Source: Methanoregula sp. (GTDB taxonomy: Archaea > Halobacteriota > Methanomicrobia > Methanomicrobiales > Methanospirillaceae). From it: DNA of 64,000 nt. This document shows, one piece after another, positions 1 through 8,186 of this stretch. Each line of letters starts with the position of its first letter. The stretch's first letter is position 1. The DNA lies in contig NZ_JBAYLY010000010.1 in assembly GCF_041663825.1 (NCBI RefSeq), positions 14,697 to 78,696 on the forward strand, read 5' to 3'. The position numbers and the translations under genes were made by a program. The notes beneath the pieces were generated by a model that saw only the letters and a list, made by a program, of their open reading frames with translations, had not been told where the DNA came from and did not search any database.

Positions 1-1
1 T

Positions 2-130
2 CCCAACCTGAAAAAAATTATCTTAAACGAGGACTGGCCCGAACATGAATATCCGTTGCGCAAGGACTGGAAACCCGGGCCGGATACGTTCTATGGCGGG
101 ATAAAAGTGGAAAGATCGGAGGGGAGTTAG
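2..130 (+). CDS. 3' end of NuoC-like (MbhK-type) subunit of a group 4 membrane-bound [NiFe] hydrogenase (partial, 5' end outside window)
   Basis: Frame 2 reads ...NEDWPEHEYPLRKDWKPGPDTFYGG... and ends at TAG 128-130, abutting the next ATG (TAGATG). DWP..PLRKD resembles the C-terminal signature of 30-kDa/NuoC-family subunits. Confidence 0.6.
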   Translation, partial: PNLKKIILNEDWPEHEYPLRKDWKPGPDTFYGGIKVERSEGS

Positions 131-1312
131 ATGCCCGAAGTCGTTATACCTATCGGACCCCAGCACCCGGCACTCAAGGAACCCGTGAATTTCCGGATTA
201 TTGCCGACGGGGAAAAGATCGTTCGCCTCGAACTTGAACTGTCCTATACCCACCGGGGGATCGAGAAGGCGGCCGAACAGCGGAACTTCATCCGGGTCCT
301 CCCGCTGCTGGAGCGGGTCTGCGGTATATGCTCGCATTCCCATGCGACGGTCTTTGCCAAAGGGATCGAGGAGATCATGCAGCTGGAAGTCCCCCCGCGA
401 GCGCAATATATCCGCACCATCATTGCCGAACTGGAGCGGATGCACAGCCATCTCCTCTGGCTGGGTGTTGCAGCGCACGAGATCGGGTTCAATACCCTGT
501 TCATGTGGACGTGGCGCGACCGCGAGGCGGTGCAGGACACGCTTGAGGAAATGAGCGGGAACCGGGTGCATTATAACATGAACGAGATCGGCGGTGTCCG
601 GTGTGACCTGAACCCGGCACAGGTAAATGCTGCCCTGTCCCGCCTGCCCTCCCTTGAGGAACGGATAAAAAAATACGTGGACATGGTAAACGACGAAGAG
701 ACCCTGTTGCTCCGGTTCCGGGGTGTCGGCAGGATGAGCAAAGAGGAGGCACTGAAATATGGGGCGGTCGGGCCGACGGCACGTGCAAGCGGTGTAGATT
801 ATGATGTACGCAGGGACGACCCGTATCTCGCCTACGCAGAGGTGCCCTGGAATGTCGTGACGGATACCGAGGGGGACGTGTATGGCAGAACACGTGTCCG
901 TATCGGGGAACTGCGGGAGAGCGTGCAGATTGTCAGGTACTGCCTGGAAAATATCCCGGCAGGACCGATCCGGGTTGATGCGCCAAAGAATGCGCCAAAA
1001 GGCGAGATCCTCTCGCGGTATGAAGCACCACGGGGGGAGCTGGCCCACTACATCCGGACGAACGGGACGGATAAGGTGGAGCGGGTTGATATCCGCACGC
1101 CGACTCTCGCGAACTGGACCTCGGTGGCAATGTGCCTTGTCAACCAGAACATCGCGGATATACCGGTAATTGTTGCCGCGATCGACCCCTGCCTCTCGTG
1201 CACATCACGGCTGACGGTCACTAACCGGCAGAACCGGCCGGGTGTTGCGGTGGTCCGGGCTGCACCGAACGGGAGGAGTCTTCCCGGTAGTGAGGGTGAA
1301 GAGAAACTATGA
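131..1312 (+). CDS. mbhL: [NiFe] hydrogenase large subunit, group 4 energy-converting type (NuoD-like)
   Basis: 393 aa. Has HRGIEK, an N-terminal Ni-binding CGICSHSH motif and a C-terminal DPCLSCTSR motif followed by a 33-aa tail. Gene order NuoC-like / large / NuoH-like / NuoI-like matches mbhK-L-M-N. Confidence 0.88.
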   Translation: MPEVVIPIGPQHPALKEPVNFRIIADGEKIVRLELELSYTHRGIEKAAEQRNFIRVLPLLERVCGICSHSHATVFAKGIEEIMQLEVPPRAQYIRTIIAELERMHSHLLWLGVAAHEIGFNTLFMWTWRDREAVQDTLEEMSGNRVHYNMNEIGGVRCDLNPAQVNAALSRLPSLEERIKKYVDMVNDEETLLLRFRGVGRMSKEEALKYGAVGPTARASGVDYDVRRDDPYLAYAEVPWNVVTDTEGDVYGRTRVRIGELRESVQIVRYCLENIPAGPIRVDAPKNAPKGEILSRYEAPRGELAHYIRTNGTDKVERVDIRTPTLANWTSVAMCLVNQNIADIPVIVAAIDPCLSCTSRLTVTNRQNRPGVAVVRAAPNGRSLPGSEGEEKL

Positions 1313-2283
1313 CCGATCCCGTGTTTATCCTTCTCTATATCGTCCTGTTCCCAGGATTCATCTTCCTGTTTGTTTACTCCCTGTTCCTGTCGTTTTTAGA
1401 CCGGAAGATCGTGGCCCGGATGCAGAACCGGGTCGGGCCGCCGTTCTACCAGCCGTTTGCAGACCTGGTAAAGATGCTGGCTAAAGAGGTGATCGACCCT
1501 GACGGGGTGGACCGGGCGCTGTTCGACGCGATACCCCTTGTCGCTCTCGCGGCGGTCATGACCGCGTTCCTCTACGTCCCGGTAACGGGATACAGCCCGC
1601 TTGCATTCCCGGGGGATCTTGTCGTCGTCCTCTACCTCATGCTTATCCCGACCTTCGCGCTCTTCCTTCTCGGCTGGCTCTCCCGCAATATCTTTTCCAC
1701 CATTGGTGGGATCCGGGCAGCGACGCAGATGTTTATTTACGAGGTGCCGTTCTTCCTTGCCCTCCTTGCGCCCGCCATCATGGCCGGCACCTGGTCGATA
1801 TCAGGGATCGTGGCCTGGCAGCAGCACAACACCTGGCTCGTGTTCTTCCAGCCGATCGGCTTTGTTGTTGCCCTGATCTGTCTCCAGGCAAAACTGGAGA
1901 GGACCCCGTTCGATATTCCCGAAGCGGAAACGGAGATCGTTGCCGGGCCCCTGACAGAGTTGACCGGGCGCAGGCTCGCCTTCATTCATCTGACGACCGA
2001 ACTATCGCTGGTGGTCGGCAGTGCCCTGATTGCCGCCCTGTTCCTTGGCGGCCCGATGATCCCGTGGACCCTTTCCCCATCGTGGCTGAACGAAGTTGCC
2101 GGTTTCTGCGTGTTCCTCGTAAAGACCCTCGCCGTGCTCCTGATACTCTCGTCGATCAAGGTAGCAACCGGGCGTATCCGTATCGACCAGCTCAACGATA
2201 TCGGCTGGAAATACATCGCCAGTGCAGCGTTAGTCCAGGTGGGGATGGTGCTTGTCATCAACTATCTCTGGGTGACCCTATGA
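1309..2283 (+). CDS. mbhM: Hydrogenase integral membrane subunit, NuoH/HycD/EchB-like
   Basis: 324-aa polytopic hydrophobic protein. Contains RKIVARMQNRVGPP and ERTPFDIPEAETEIVAG (NuoH-type motifs). Its start overlaps the mbhL stop (ATGA). Confidence 0.8.
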   Translation: MTDPVFILLYIVLFPGFIFLFVYSLFLSFLDRKIVARMQNRVGPPFYQPFADLVKMLAKEVIDPDGVDRALFDAIPLVALAAVMTAFLYVPVTGYSPLAFPGDLVVVLYLMLIPTFALFLLGWLSRNIFSTIGGIRAATQMFIYEVPFFLALLAPAIMAGTWSISGIVAWQQHNTWLVFFQPIGFVVALICLQAKLERTPFDIPEAETEIVAGPLTELTGRRLAFIHLTTELSLVVGSALIAALFLGGPMIPWTLSPSWLNEVAGFCVFLVKTLAVLLILSSIKVATGRIRIDQLNDIGWKYIASAALVQVGMVLVINYLWVTL

Positions 2284-2639
2284 GTGTCCTTTCGGAGATG
2301 ATCAAAAACCTCCTCTCCCGGCCGGTGACGATCCTCTATCCCCTGGAGCAGGTGCCGATACCGGTAACGTTTCGCGGGAGAGTGGCGATCACCGATGAGA
2401 AATGCATCGGGTGCTCGAAGTGCTCTCTTGTCTGCCCGGCACAGGTTATCACCATGATCGACGGCCCGAGGGAGGTTGAGTTCAAGGGAAAGAACCTTGC
2501 ACGGAAGAAACGGCCGCAGGTAAAACTGTACCAGTGCATCCGCTGCGGTCTCTGCGAGCGGCATTGTCCAACAGGCGCGATTCATCTTGAGCAGGTGCAC
2601 GGGGGTACGGGTACCGACCGGGAAGTTGTGGTAACATAA
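2280..2639 (+). CDS. mbhN: 2x[4Fe-4S] ferredoxin-like hydrogenase subunit (NuoI-like)
   Basis: Internal ATG at 2280 overlaps the mbhM stop (ATGA). Two CxxCxxCxxxCP motifs are present (CIGCSKCSLVCP, CIRCGLCERHCP). Confidence 0.85.
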   Translation: MSVLSEMIKNLLSRPVTILYPLEQVPIPVTFRGRVAITDEKCIGCSKCSLVCPAQVITMIDGPREVEFKGKNLARKKRPQVKLYQCIRCGLCERHCPTGAIHLEQVHGGTGTDREVVVT

Positions 2640-3133
2640 TGCAGAATAGAGAGCCTTTGACCGATACCCTTCAGCGCAGGGTAAAGGGTGCCTGCAGGCT
2701 GGCCGTTGTCGGTATCGGGGATGAACTCATCCCCCACGACCGGCTGGGAATGTTTGTGGCACGGGAGATCGAGCACCTGCATCTCCCGGGCGTGAAGGTT
2801 TTTTTTGCCGGTACGGTCCCGGAGAGTATCACCGGCCCCCTCCGCAGGTACCGGCCGGAGCATGTGCTTTTTCTCGACGCCGCCGACATGGGGGAACGGC
2901 CCGGAACGATCGCGGTTATCGGGCCGGGAGAGATCCGGGCCAGCCTGGTCTCGACGCACGTCCTCCCGCTTTCGGTTGTCATGGACTATGTTGAAGGGGA
3001 GATCGGGACAGATGTCACGCTGCTCGGGATCCAGCCGGATTTCACCCATCCGGAGAAGGACCTGTCAGAGGAAGACCGGGAATTCCTGAACCATAACCTG
3101 CGGGTAGTGTCTGATATTCTCCGGGAACGCTGA
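2639..3133 (+). CDS. hycI: Hydrogenase maturation endopeptidase (HycI/HybD family)
   Basis: 164 aa. LAVVGIGDELIPHDRLG near the N-terminus and FLDAADMG..PGT mid-protein are typical of this family. TAATG overlap with mbhN places it last in the hydrogenase operon. Confidence 0.82.
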   Translation: MQNREPLTDTLQRRVKGACRLAVVGIGDELIPHDRLGMFVAREIEHLHLPGVKVFFAGTVPESITGPLRRYRPEHVLFLDAADMGERPGTIAVIGPGEIRASLVSTHVLPLSVVMDYVEGEIGTDVTLLGIQPDFTHPEKDLSEEDREFLNHNLRVVSDILRER

Positions 3134-3194
3134 TGTACCCGGTGGTGCTCCCGGCCCCACCGCGATGCACCCTTGCTGCCCCAATCCCTGCTTT

Positions 3195-3230
3195 CATTTA
3201 CTTTAACTTTTAAGTAAATAACAAAGTAAA
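3195..3230. promoter_or_regulatory. AT-rich palindrome plus direct repeat upstream of the wHTH gene (candidate operator/promoter)
   Basis: ATTTACTT (3195-3202) and its exact reverse complement AAGTAAAT (3211-3218) are separated by 8 nt. A further AAGTAAAT copy lies at 3223-3230, about 20-55 nt upstream of the ATG at 3252. Confidence 0.4.
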
Positions 3231-3251
3231 TAACCCGGGCCGCTGATCATC

Positions 3252-3605
3252 ATGAAACAAACAAGGGAGGACCCCTCTATGCAGAATGATATCCTCTCGA
3301 TCCTGAATGAATCCGAAGGGCTCAACGCGAAAGTCTTCTCGCTTGTCCGCTTTAAACTGCTTGCGAGCCTTGCCGCTCTCGGGCAGGACGGGGCAACCTA
3401 CCGCGAGCTCAAAGCGGCGCTCGACATCAATGACGGCGTGCTGTTTGCGAATCTCAACGTCTTAAAAGACATGGGCTATCTTACTTCAGGGAAGATCACG
3501 TCCGAGGGAAAAGAACTCGAACTCTATACGATCACGCCCGAAGGACAGGATGAATGGAAGAGAACACGGACCTGGCTGTGCCGGTTCCTCCGCTGCGGAG
3601 TATAA
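3252..3605 (+). CDS. Winged-helix transcriptional regulator (HTH_34/ArsR-like)
   Basis: 117 aa. RFKLLASLAALGQDGATYRELKAALDINDGVLFANLNVLKDMGYL is a typical wHTH recognition helix plus wing. The start could instead be the ATG at 3279. Confidence 0.7.
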   Translation: MKQTREDPSMQNDILSILNESEGLNAKVFSLVRFKLLASLAALGQDGATYRELKAALDINDGVLFANLNVLKDMGYLTSGKITSEGKELELYTITPEGQDEWKRTRTWLCRFLRCGV

Positions 3606-3607
3606 CG

Positions 3608-4147
3608 ATGGAAAAATACCAGAAAGTAATAGCCTTCTTTAAGGAACTGGGTTTTCAGTTCGACATTTCCCGGTTCGACGACCGGCTGATCGCACAGAAA
3701 CTGGTCTGCCTGCTGGAACTCAAAGGTATAGACCTCGGGTATTCGTGCAGCCTGTATGTCCGCGGCCCGTACTCTCCGGACCTGACCCAGGACCTGTACG
3801 CATTCCCCGCCGAGTTTGCGGCCCTGGTCTCCGGCTCACGGCTGACCCCACAGGAGAAGGAGACGGCAGGCGAACTCGGCCGGATCTTCGGCCTCAAGCC
3901 TGTCTCTCTTGAAGTCGGGGCGACGTACGGCTATTATACCCTGCGGCAGGGAAGCGACCCGCTCGAAGCGGTCCGGCAGGTAAAACGGCTCAAGCCGTTC
4001 TATTCCGAGGCGCAGGTAGCACTAGGGGTATCGAAGGCAAAGCAGTTCCTCTTTACCCCGACAGAAAAGGATCTCGAAGCCTTAAAAGAGGAGACCGGGA
4101 TCTGGCAGCGGGCATCGCTCACGTCACGGGAGTACCGGGGCGAATGA
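3608..4147 (+). CDS. YwgA / DUF4065 (Panacea)-like protein, candidate antitoxin for the downstream MazF
   Basis: 179 aa, starting at an internal ATG 2 nt after the wHTH stop. DRLIAQKLVCLLELKGIDLGYSCSLYVRGPYSPDLTQDLY resembles the KLQKLxY...GPYS.EL core of YwgA/SocA-like proteins (recalled from memory). Its stop overlaps the mazF start (ATGA). Confidence 0.5.
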   Translation: MEKYQKVIAFFKELGFQFDISRFDDRLIAQKLVCLLELKGIDLGYSCSLYVRGPYSPDLTQDLYAFPAEFAALVSGSRLTPQEKETAGELGRIFGLKPVSLEVGATYGYYTLRQGSDPLEAVRQVKRLKPFYSEAQVALGVSKAKQFLFTPTEKDLEALKEETGIWQRASLTSREYRGE

Positions 4148-4470
4148 AGAACGGGGATATCTGGCTCGTGGATCTTTCCGATGCAAAAGGGCACGAGCAG
4201 CGGGGCGAACGACCGGCAATCGTGGTCGGGGGAGCAAACGGTCTTGTCCTTGTCGTCCCGCTCACGAGCAACACCGGCAGTGCCCGGTTCTCCCACACCC
4301 TCCCGATCTCCCCGGATACGCATAACGGTCTCGATGTGGAGAGTGTCGCCCTTGTTTTCCAGATTGTCTCGCTCGACCGGGAGCGGTTCCAGCACCGGAT
4401 CGGTACGGTGGGGGAACAGCACCGGCTCGCGATTGTGGCGCTGATCAGGAATTTGATGGGGATAGAGTAA
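4144..4470 (+). CDS. mazF: MazF/PemK-family endoribonuclease toxin
   Basis: 108 aa. GDIWLVDLSDAKGHEQRGERPAIVV and VVPLTSN are hallmark PemK/MazF motifs. Confidence 0.85.
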   Translation: MKNGDIWLVDLSDAKGHEQRGERPAIVVGGANGLVLVVPLTSNTGSARFSHTLPISPDTHNGLDVESVALVFQIVSLDRERFQHRIGTVGEQHRLAIVALIRNLMGIE

Positions 4471-4675
4471 ATTTGCCCGGATAAACCGGTTTTCCCAATC
4501 AAGTGCCTCGTGATGTAGTATCCGTATCCCGAGGTAAGATGATGAATGGGCGGAATCTACACGGAGATGGTCGCTGATCTGAAGAAGAAAGAACCGGCGC
4601 CGGCGGCTGCGGAAGGGACTGCACAACTAGAACAAAAAAGGAATAATCTTTCACGTTTGTTAAAAAGTTTGACAT

Positions 4676-6838
4676 TTATTGCGTTTGTTTAGTTTTCTTT
4701 TGTTTTTCAAGGTATGCCACCAAAAATTTATCGATAACCTCCTGTTGGTATTTGGATAAGTTTGAAAAAGCCATTTTATTCTCGTATATTTCTTTAATTC
4801 TGCAATTAATAAGGGAACAATCAACAAATTTTTCAAGGTCAGTTATATTGAAGGAGACGTTAATATTGTGATCATTAGCAGTTACATGGTATTCTACAAT
4901 CGCGAATTCTACGAGAATTTTTATTAACTCATTATCATTATTGGATAATTTTCGAACCCATTTACCACATACTTCTTTATCCGTATCCCAGTTATACCAA
5001 GAAAAAAGTATGATCTTTAAATTGGGACTTTTCAATAATTCATTTGAGTCTGCAAATTTATGTAATTTCAAGATCAGTAATTGTTTAAGATCTTCAATAT
5101 GCTCATTTGTGAGCGTATTTTTTTCTTTATTATTGTCGTTTTCGGTTGCAGCTCTTCGAATATCATGGACTATTGAATAGAATGTAGATGTAGAATTTAT
5201 GACAGTTTTCATTATTTCGTACCGTTCTTGTTCATTTAATCTTGAAAGCAACTGTTTTCGCAAAAATTGACATTCATCAAAAACGGTTATTGAATTTGCA
5301 TCTTGAGAATATTTATCGTGAAGAATCAGCAACGCATCTTGCAGGTCAAACAGTTCGGGTAATATTATTTTGACATTTTTTAAAGGAATATCATTTTCGG
5401 CATAATCGTTCAAGCGGGACAAAATATAATTTACTTTTCGACCCCCCATTTTATCTTTTGATGCCATTTCTAGCAGTTTTGATTTAAATTTTGTCTTATC
5501 CCCCGTCAAATCTAGGAGTTGCGCAATCTCATTATGGGGAATTCGATAATCGGGAATTGTCATCCAGAAATATGTTGGAAATATCTCTGTTATGCAAATA
5601 CGCAAATCTCGTCTCAATAGTCTCCAATCAGTACTAACATGTCTATTCAAATTCTCGCAGTACGCTGGAAAGAGTAGGGAGGATATCTGATCAACAGCAT
5701 GTTTTTTTGTTTTGGAATGGCTCAAAAAAATTTCATAAAAATTAGAATTATATCTAGGCTCTCTATCAGTTATCTTTCCAAATCCCGCAAATGCTAAAGG
5801 GTTTTCCCGAATTATTGCATATGTATCTGGTTGAAATATCCTTAATGATTCTATGGCAATGAAATCTATGGGGTTCACTTCACTATGGACTGAGGGGTAT
5901 GTAACAGAAATTGAATTAACAAATCTAATAATGTCTCTTGGAGTGTCGATTAGTTCTGAGATCCCCTCATCAAAAATTTTAATCCAATACGGGTCTTTGA
6001 AGAAATCATCATTGTATGATAAAAACAATTCTTCTAATCTTCTAGATAATAACTTTTTAATTTGAGATCTTTCTGGATATGGAACATCGAATGATGCTTG
6101 AATAATTTTTTCAAGATATTCCTCTCCAGATATATTCTCGCTTTCTTGAAGAATTTGTGTAACAATTTTTTTATCGAATGCTAAAAGAAAAACAACATTG
6201 GGAAAATCTGCGACAGTTTTAATTACTTGAAATAACTGTCGCATTTCTTCGGGATTTAAGCGATCAATATCATCGATTATTACCAAAATTTTCTTGTCCT
6301 GCGATAATTCCTTTGTAATCTCCTCTTTTAATTCTTCAACGCTTTTTTGGCCTGGATCAAATTGCTTTTTTATGTGCTCTACGCTATCTGTATATCCCTT
6401 ATTTATGGACTCATGAATCGCTTTAGGTATAATAATTGAGGAGAATGCAAGAAGATATTCTCCAAATAATTCTGTAATTTTTTCAGCGTTTTTTAGATTT
6501 TGGCTAATCCCCTTCCCAAAATGCATGAATAACTGTCGAATTAAATCATCTCTTCCTGAAAACCACCAAGGATTGAATTCAATGATTATAGGTTTTAAAT
6601 CTTCAGGCTGTTGGTTGAGATAATATTTTACATAATTTAAAATTGTGGACTTTCCTGAACCCCATTCCCCATTAATTGAAATAACAAATCCATGTGGATT
6701 AAACATATTCTGGATACCATTCGCCAAATGTCGAGCGAAGGGTCCATAATATAATTGATCATCTTTTGTAGGATCGTTTTTTGGGATATCACAAAGTATC
6801 GAAAAATGAGGATCTGAGGGCATCGTAATAAAATGCAC
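4676..6838 (-). CDS. KAP-family P-loop NTPase
   Basis: 720 aa. Walker A GEWGSGKST, then NPWWF, Walker B KILVIIDDIDRL and FLLAFD. The gene is strikingly AT-rich (about 30% G+C by eye) compared with its neighbours. Confidence 0.88.
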   Translation of the reverse strand: MHFITMPSDPHFSILCDIPKNDPTKDDQLYYGPFARHLANGIQNMFNPHGFVISINGEWGSGKSTILNYVKYYLNQQPEDLKPIIIEFNPWWFSGRDDLIRQLFMHFGKGISQNLKNAEKITELFGEYLLAFSSIIIPKAIHESINKGYTDSVEHIKKQFDPGQKSVEELKEEITKELSQDKKILVIIDDIDRLNPEEMRQLFQVIKTVADFPNVVFLLAFDKKIVTQILQESENISGEEYLEKIIQASFDVPYPERSQIKKLLSRRLEELFLSYNDDFFKDPYWIKIFDEGISELIDTPRDIIRFVNSISVTYPSVHSEVNPIDFIAIESLRIFQPDTYAIIRENPLAFAGFGKITDREPRYNSNFYEIFLSHSKTKKHAVDQISSLLFPAYCENLNRHVSTDWRLLRRDLRICITEIFPTYFWMTIPDYRIPHNEIAQLLDLTGDKTKFKSKLLEMASKDKMGGRKVNYILSRLNDYAENDIPLKNVKIILPELFDLQDALLILHDKYSQDANSITVFDECQFLRKQLLSRLNEQERYEIMKTVINSTSTFYSIVHDIRRAATENDNNKEKNTLTNEHIEDLKQLLILKLHKFADSNELLKSPNLKIILFSWYNWDTDKEVCGKWVRKLSNNDNELIKILVEFAIVEYHVTANDHNINVSFNITDLEKFVDCSLINCRIKEIYENKMAFSNLSKYQQEVIDKFLVAYLEKQKKTKQTQ

Positions 6839-6928
6839 TTTAGTATCTTAATTGAAATATGTTTTTGATCAGGTGTTATGATCCCAAAGATCACAATTGT
6901 TTTTTGAATTCCTGCCCCCGATAGAAAA

Positions 6929-7253
6929 GAGGGGTGGGTACCCCCCACCCGCCCCGGCACATGGGTGGGGGGGTGGCCCCCACTTACGCGGACAAAGGGG
7001 GAGGGGGGTAGGGGATCACCCCCCTCCACCGGATTTGGGACGCCCGCCATTTTTGCACGGGAAATGCAGGGTCGTTCGCGTGGAGGCTCCGACGGAGGAT
7101 TTTTGCCTGCGGTCGTTTTTTGGTGCGTGGTCGCGGGCCGGACCGGGCCAAAGGGGGGAGGGGGTACCCCCCTGCTGCTCCGGAACAAGGGTGGGGGGGT
7201 GATCCCCTGCTTGAGCGACAGAAGGGGAGGGGGGTGATCCCCTTACCCCCCAC
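6929..7253 (+). repeat. Composite G-tract/palindrome element, copy 1 (two ~100-bp units flanking a ~120-bp core)
   Basis: Each unit carries three modules in order: GGGGGTACCCCC, GGGTGGGGGGGTGRYCCCC and GGGGAGGGGGGTAGGGGATCACCCCCC (the last is shortened to GGGGAGGGGGGTGATCCCC in the second unit). The core shares TTCGCGTGGA and GGGCCGG.CCGGG with copy 2 at 28492-28820. Confidence 0.8.
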
Positions 7254-7345
7254 TTTTTTTAAAGAATGGAACAAAAACGGGCAGCCCCCCATCACAACCA
7301 GCGTAAAGTTATTGATAAATAGGTACTTTCACCCAATTTTGTTGT

Positions 7346-7912
7346 ATGAAAGAGAATGGGGGGAACATACTAAAGATCGAAAATATCGTCGCCTCCGGGT
7401 CGATTGCAGAGTCCGTCGACCTGGAATTACTTTCCGACAAAATACCGGGCTGCGTGCTCAATACAAAGAGGTTCCCCGGTGCGGTCTACCATATGCAGAA
7501 CCCGAAATCTGCTGCCCTCATTTTTGCATCCGGCAAGATCGTCATTACCGGACTCCACCGGCCGGAAGAATCAAAATCAGTTCTCCAAAATCTGATAAAT
7601 ACCCTCAAAGAAGCAGGAATTACCGTTCTGGATAACCCCCGGGTCAAAGTCACCAATATGGTCTGTTCCCATGATCTCGGGTACCCCTGCAACCTGAACA
7701 GGATCATGGTCGGATTAATGGACAGCGAGAATATCGAATATGAGCCGGAAGTCTTTCCGGGACTTGTCTGCCGGATTTCTGACCCCAAGGTAGTATTTCT
7801 TCTTTTCACCACGGGAAAACTCATTATAACCGGCGGAACGAATATGGCAGATATTGAAAAAGGACTTGTGATTCTTAAGGAAAAACTCAGTATTGTCGAC
7901 CACAAAATCTGA
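7346..7912 (+). CDS. tbp: TATA-box binding protein paralog
   Basis: 188 aa with two TBP repeats: LKIENIVASGS...FPGAVYHM..PKSAALIFASGKIVITG and NIEYEPEVFPGLVCRISDPKVVFLLFTTGKLIITGG. Confidence 0.88.
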   Translation: MKENGGNILKIENIVASGSIAESVDLELLSDKIPGCVLNTKRFPGAVYHMQNPKSAALIFASGKIVITGLHRPEESKSVLQNLINTLKEAGITVLDNPRVKVTNMVCSHDLGYPCNLNRIMVGLMDSENIEYEPEVFPGLVCRISDPKVVFLLFTTGKLIITGGTNMADIEKGLVILKEKLSIVDHKI

Positions 7913-8186
7913 AAAATCAAAAAATTTTACGTGGTAGAGAGCCTGAAAGCGGGAAAGCCTCCGGAAACGTCGCGTAAAAAGCCCATAAACCCCCCGCACG
8001 GTATGAAACGAGCGGACAGGCGGACGAGTGCGCCAATCCCTCCCGCATCAACTGCAAAAAAAGCAGAATTTCAAAGAGGATTTCAATTAACTGGCAAAAA
8101 TGCAGGATTTGCGGCAATACCTACGACGTAAAAATTAATCGCAGATCGTAAGAAAAAGGATTTTTTGAAATCATCTGAAATATTTT

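Noticed and set aside
23-1048. 341-aa minus-strand ORF
   Set aside because: It lies entirely antisense to the motif-rich [NiFe] hydrogenase large subunit. It has no recognisable motifs and is a typical shadow ORF of GC-rich coding DNA.
6929-7253. Possible CRISPR array formed by the GGGGTGATCCCC-type repeats
   Set aside because: The repeat modules differ in sequence and length and have irregular spacing of 10-120 bp. There are no uniform 25-40-bp repeats with unique spacers, and no cas genes in the window.
6637-7635. Cluster of Gly/Pro/Arg-rich ORFs (6637-7188, 6897-7202, 6965-7237, 6984-7295, 7120-7635); similar ones at 28486-29057 and 50915-51187
   Set aside because: They are read in several frames on both strands across the G-tract repeat. 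Their low-complexity composition and apparent peptide conservation simply mirror the repeated DNA.
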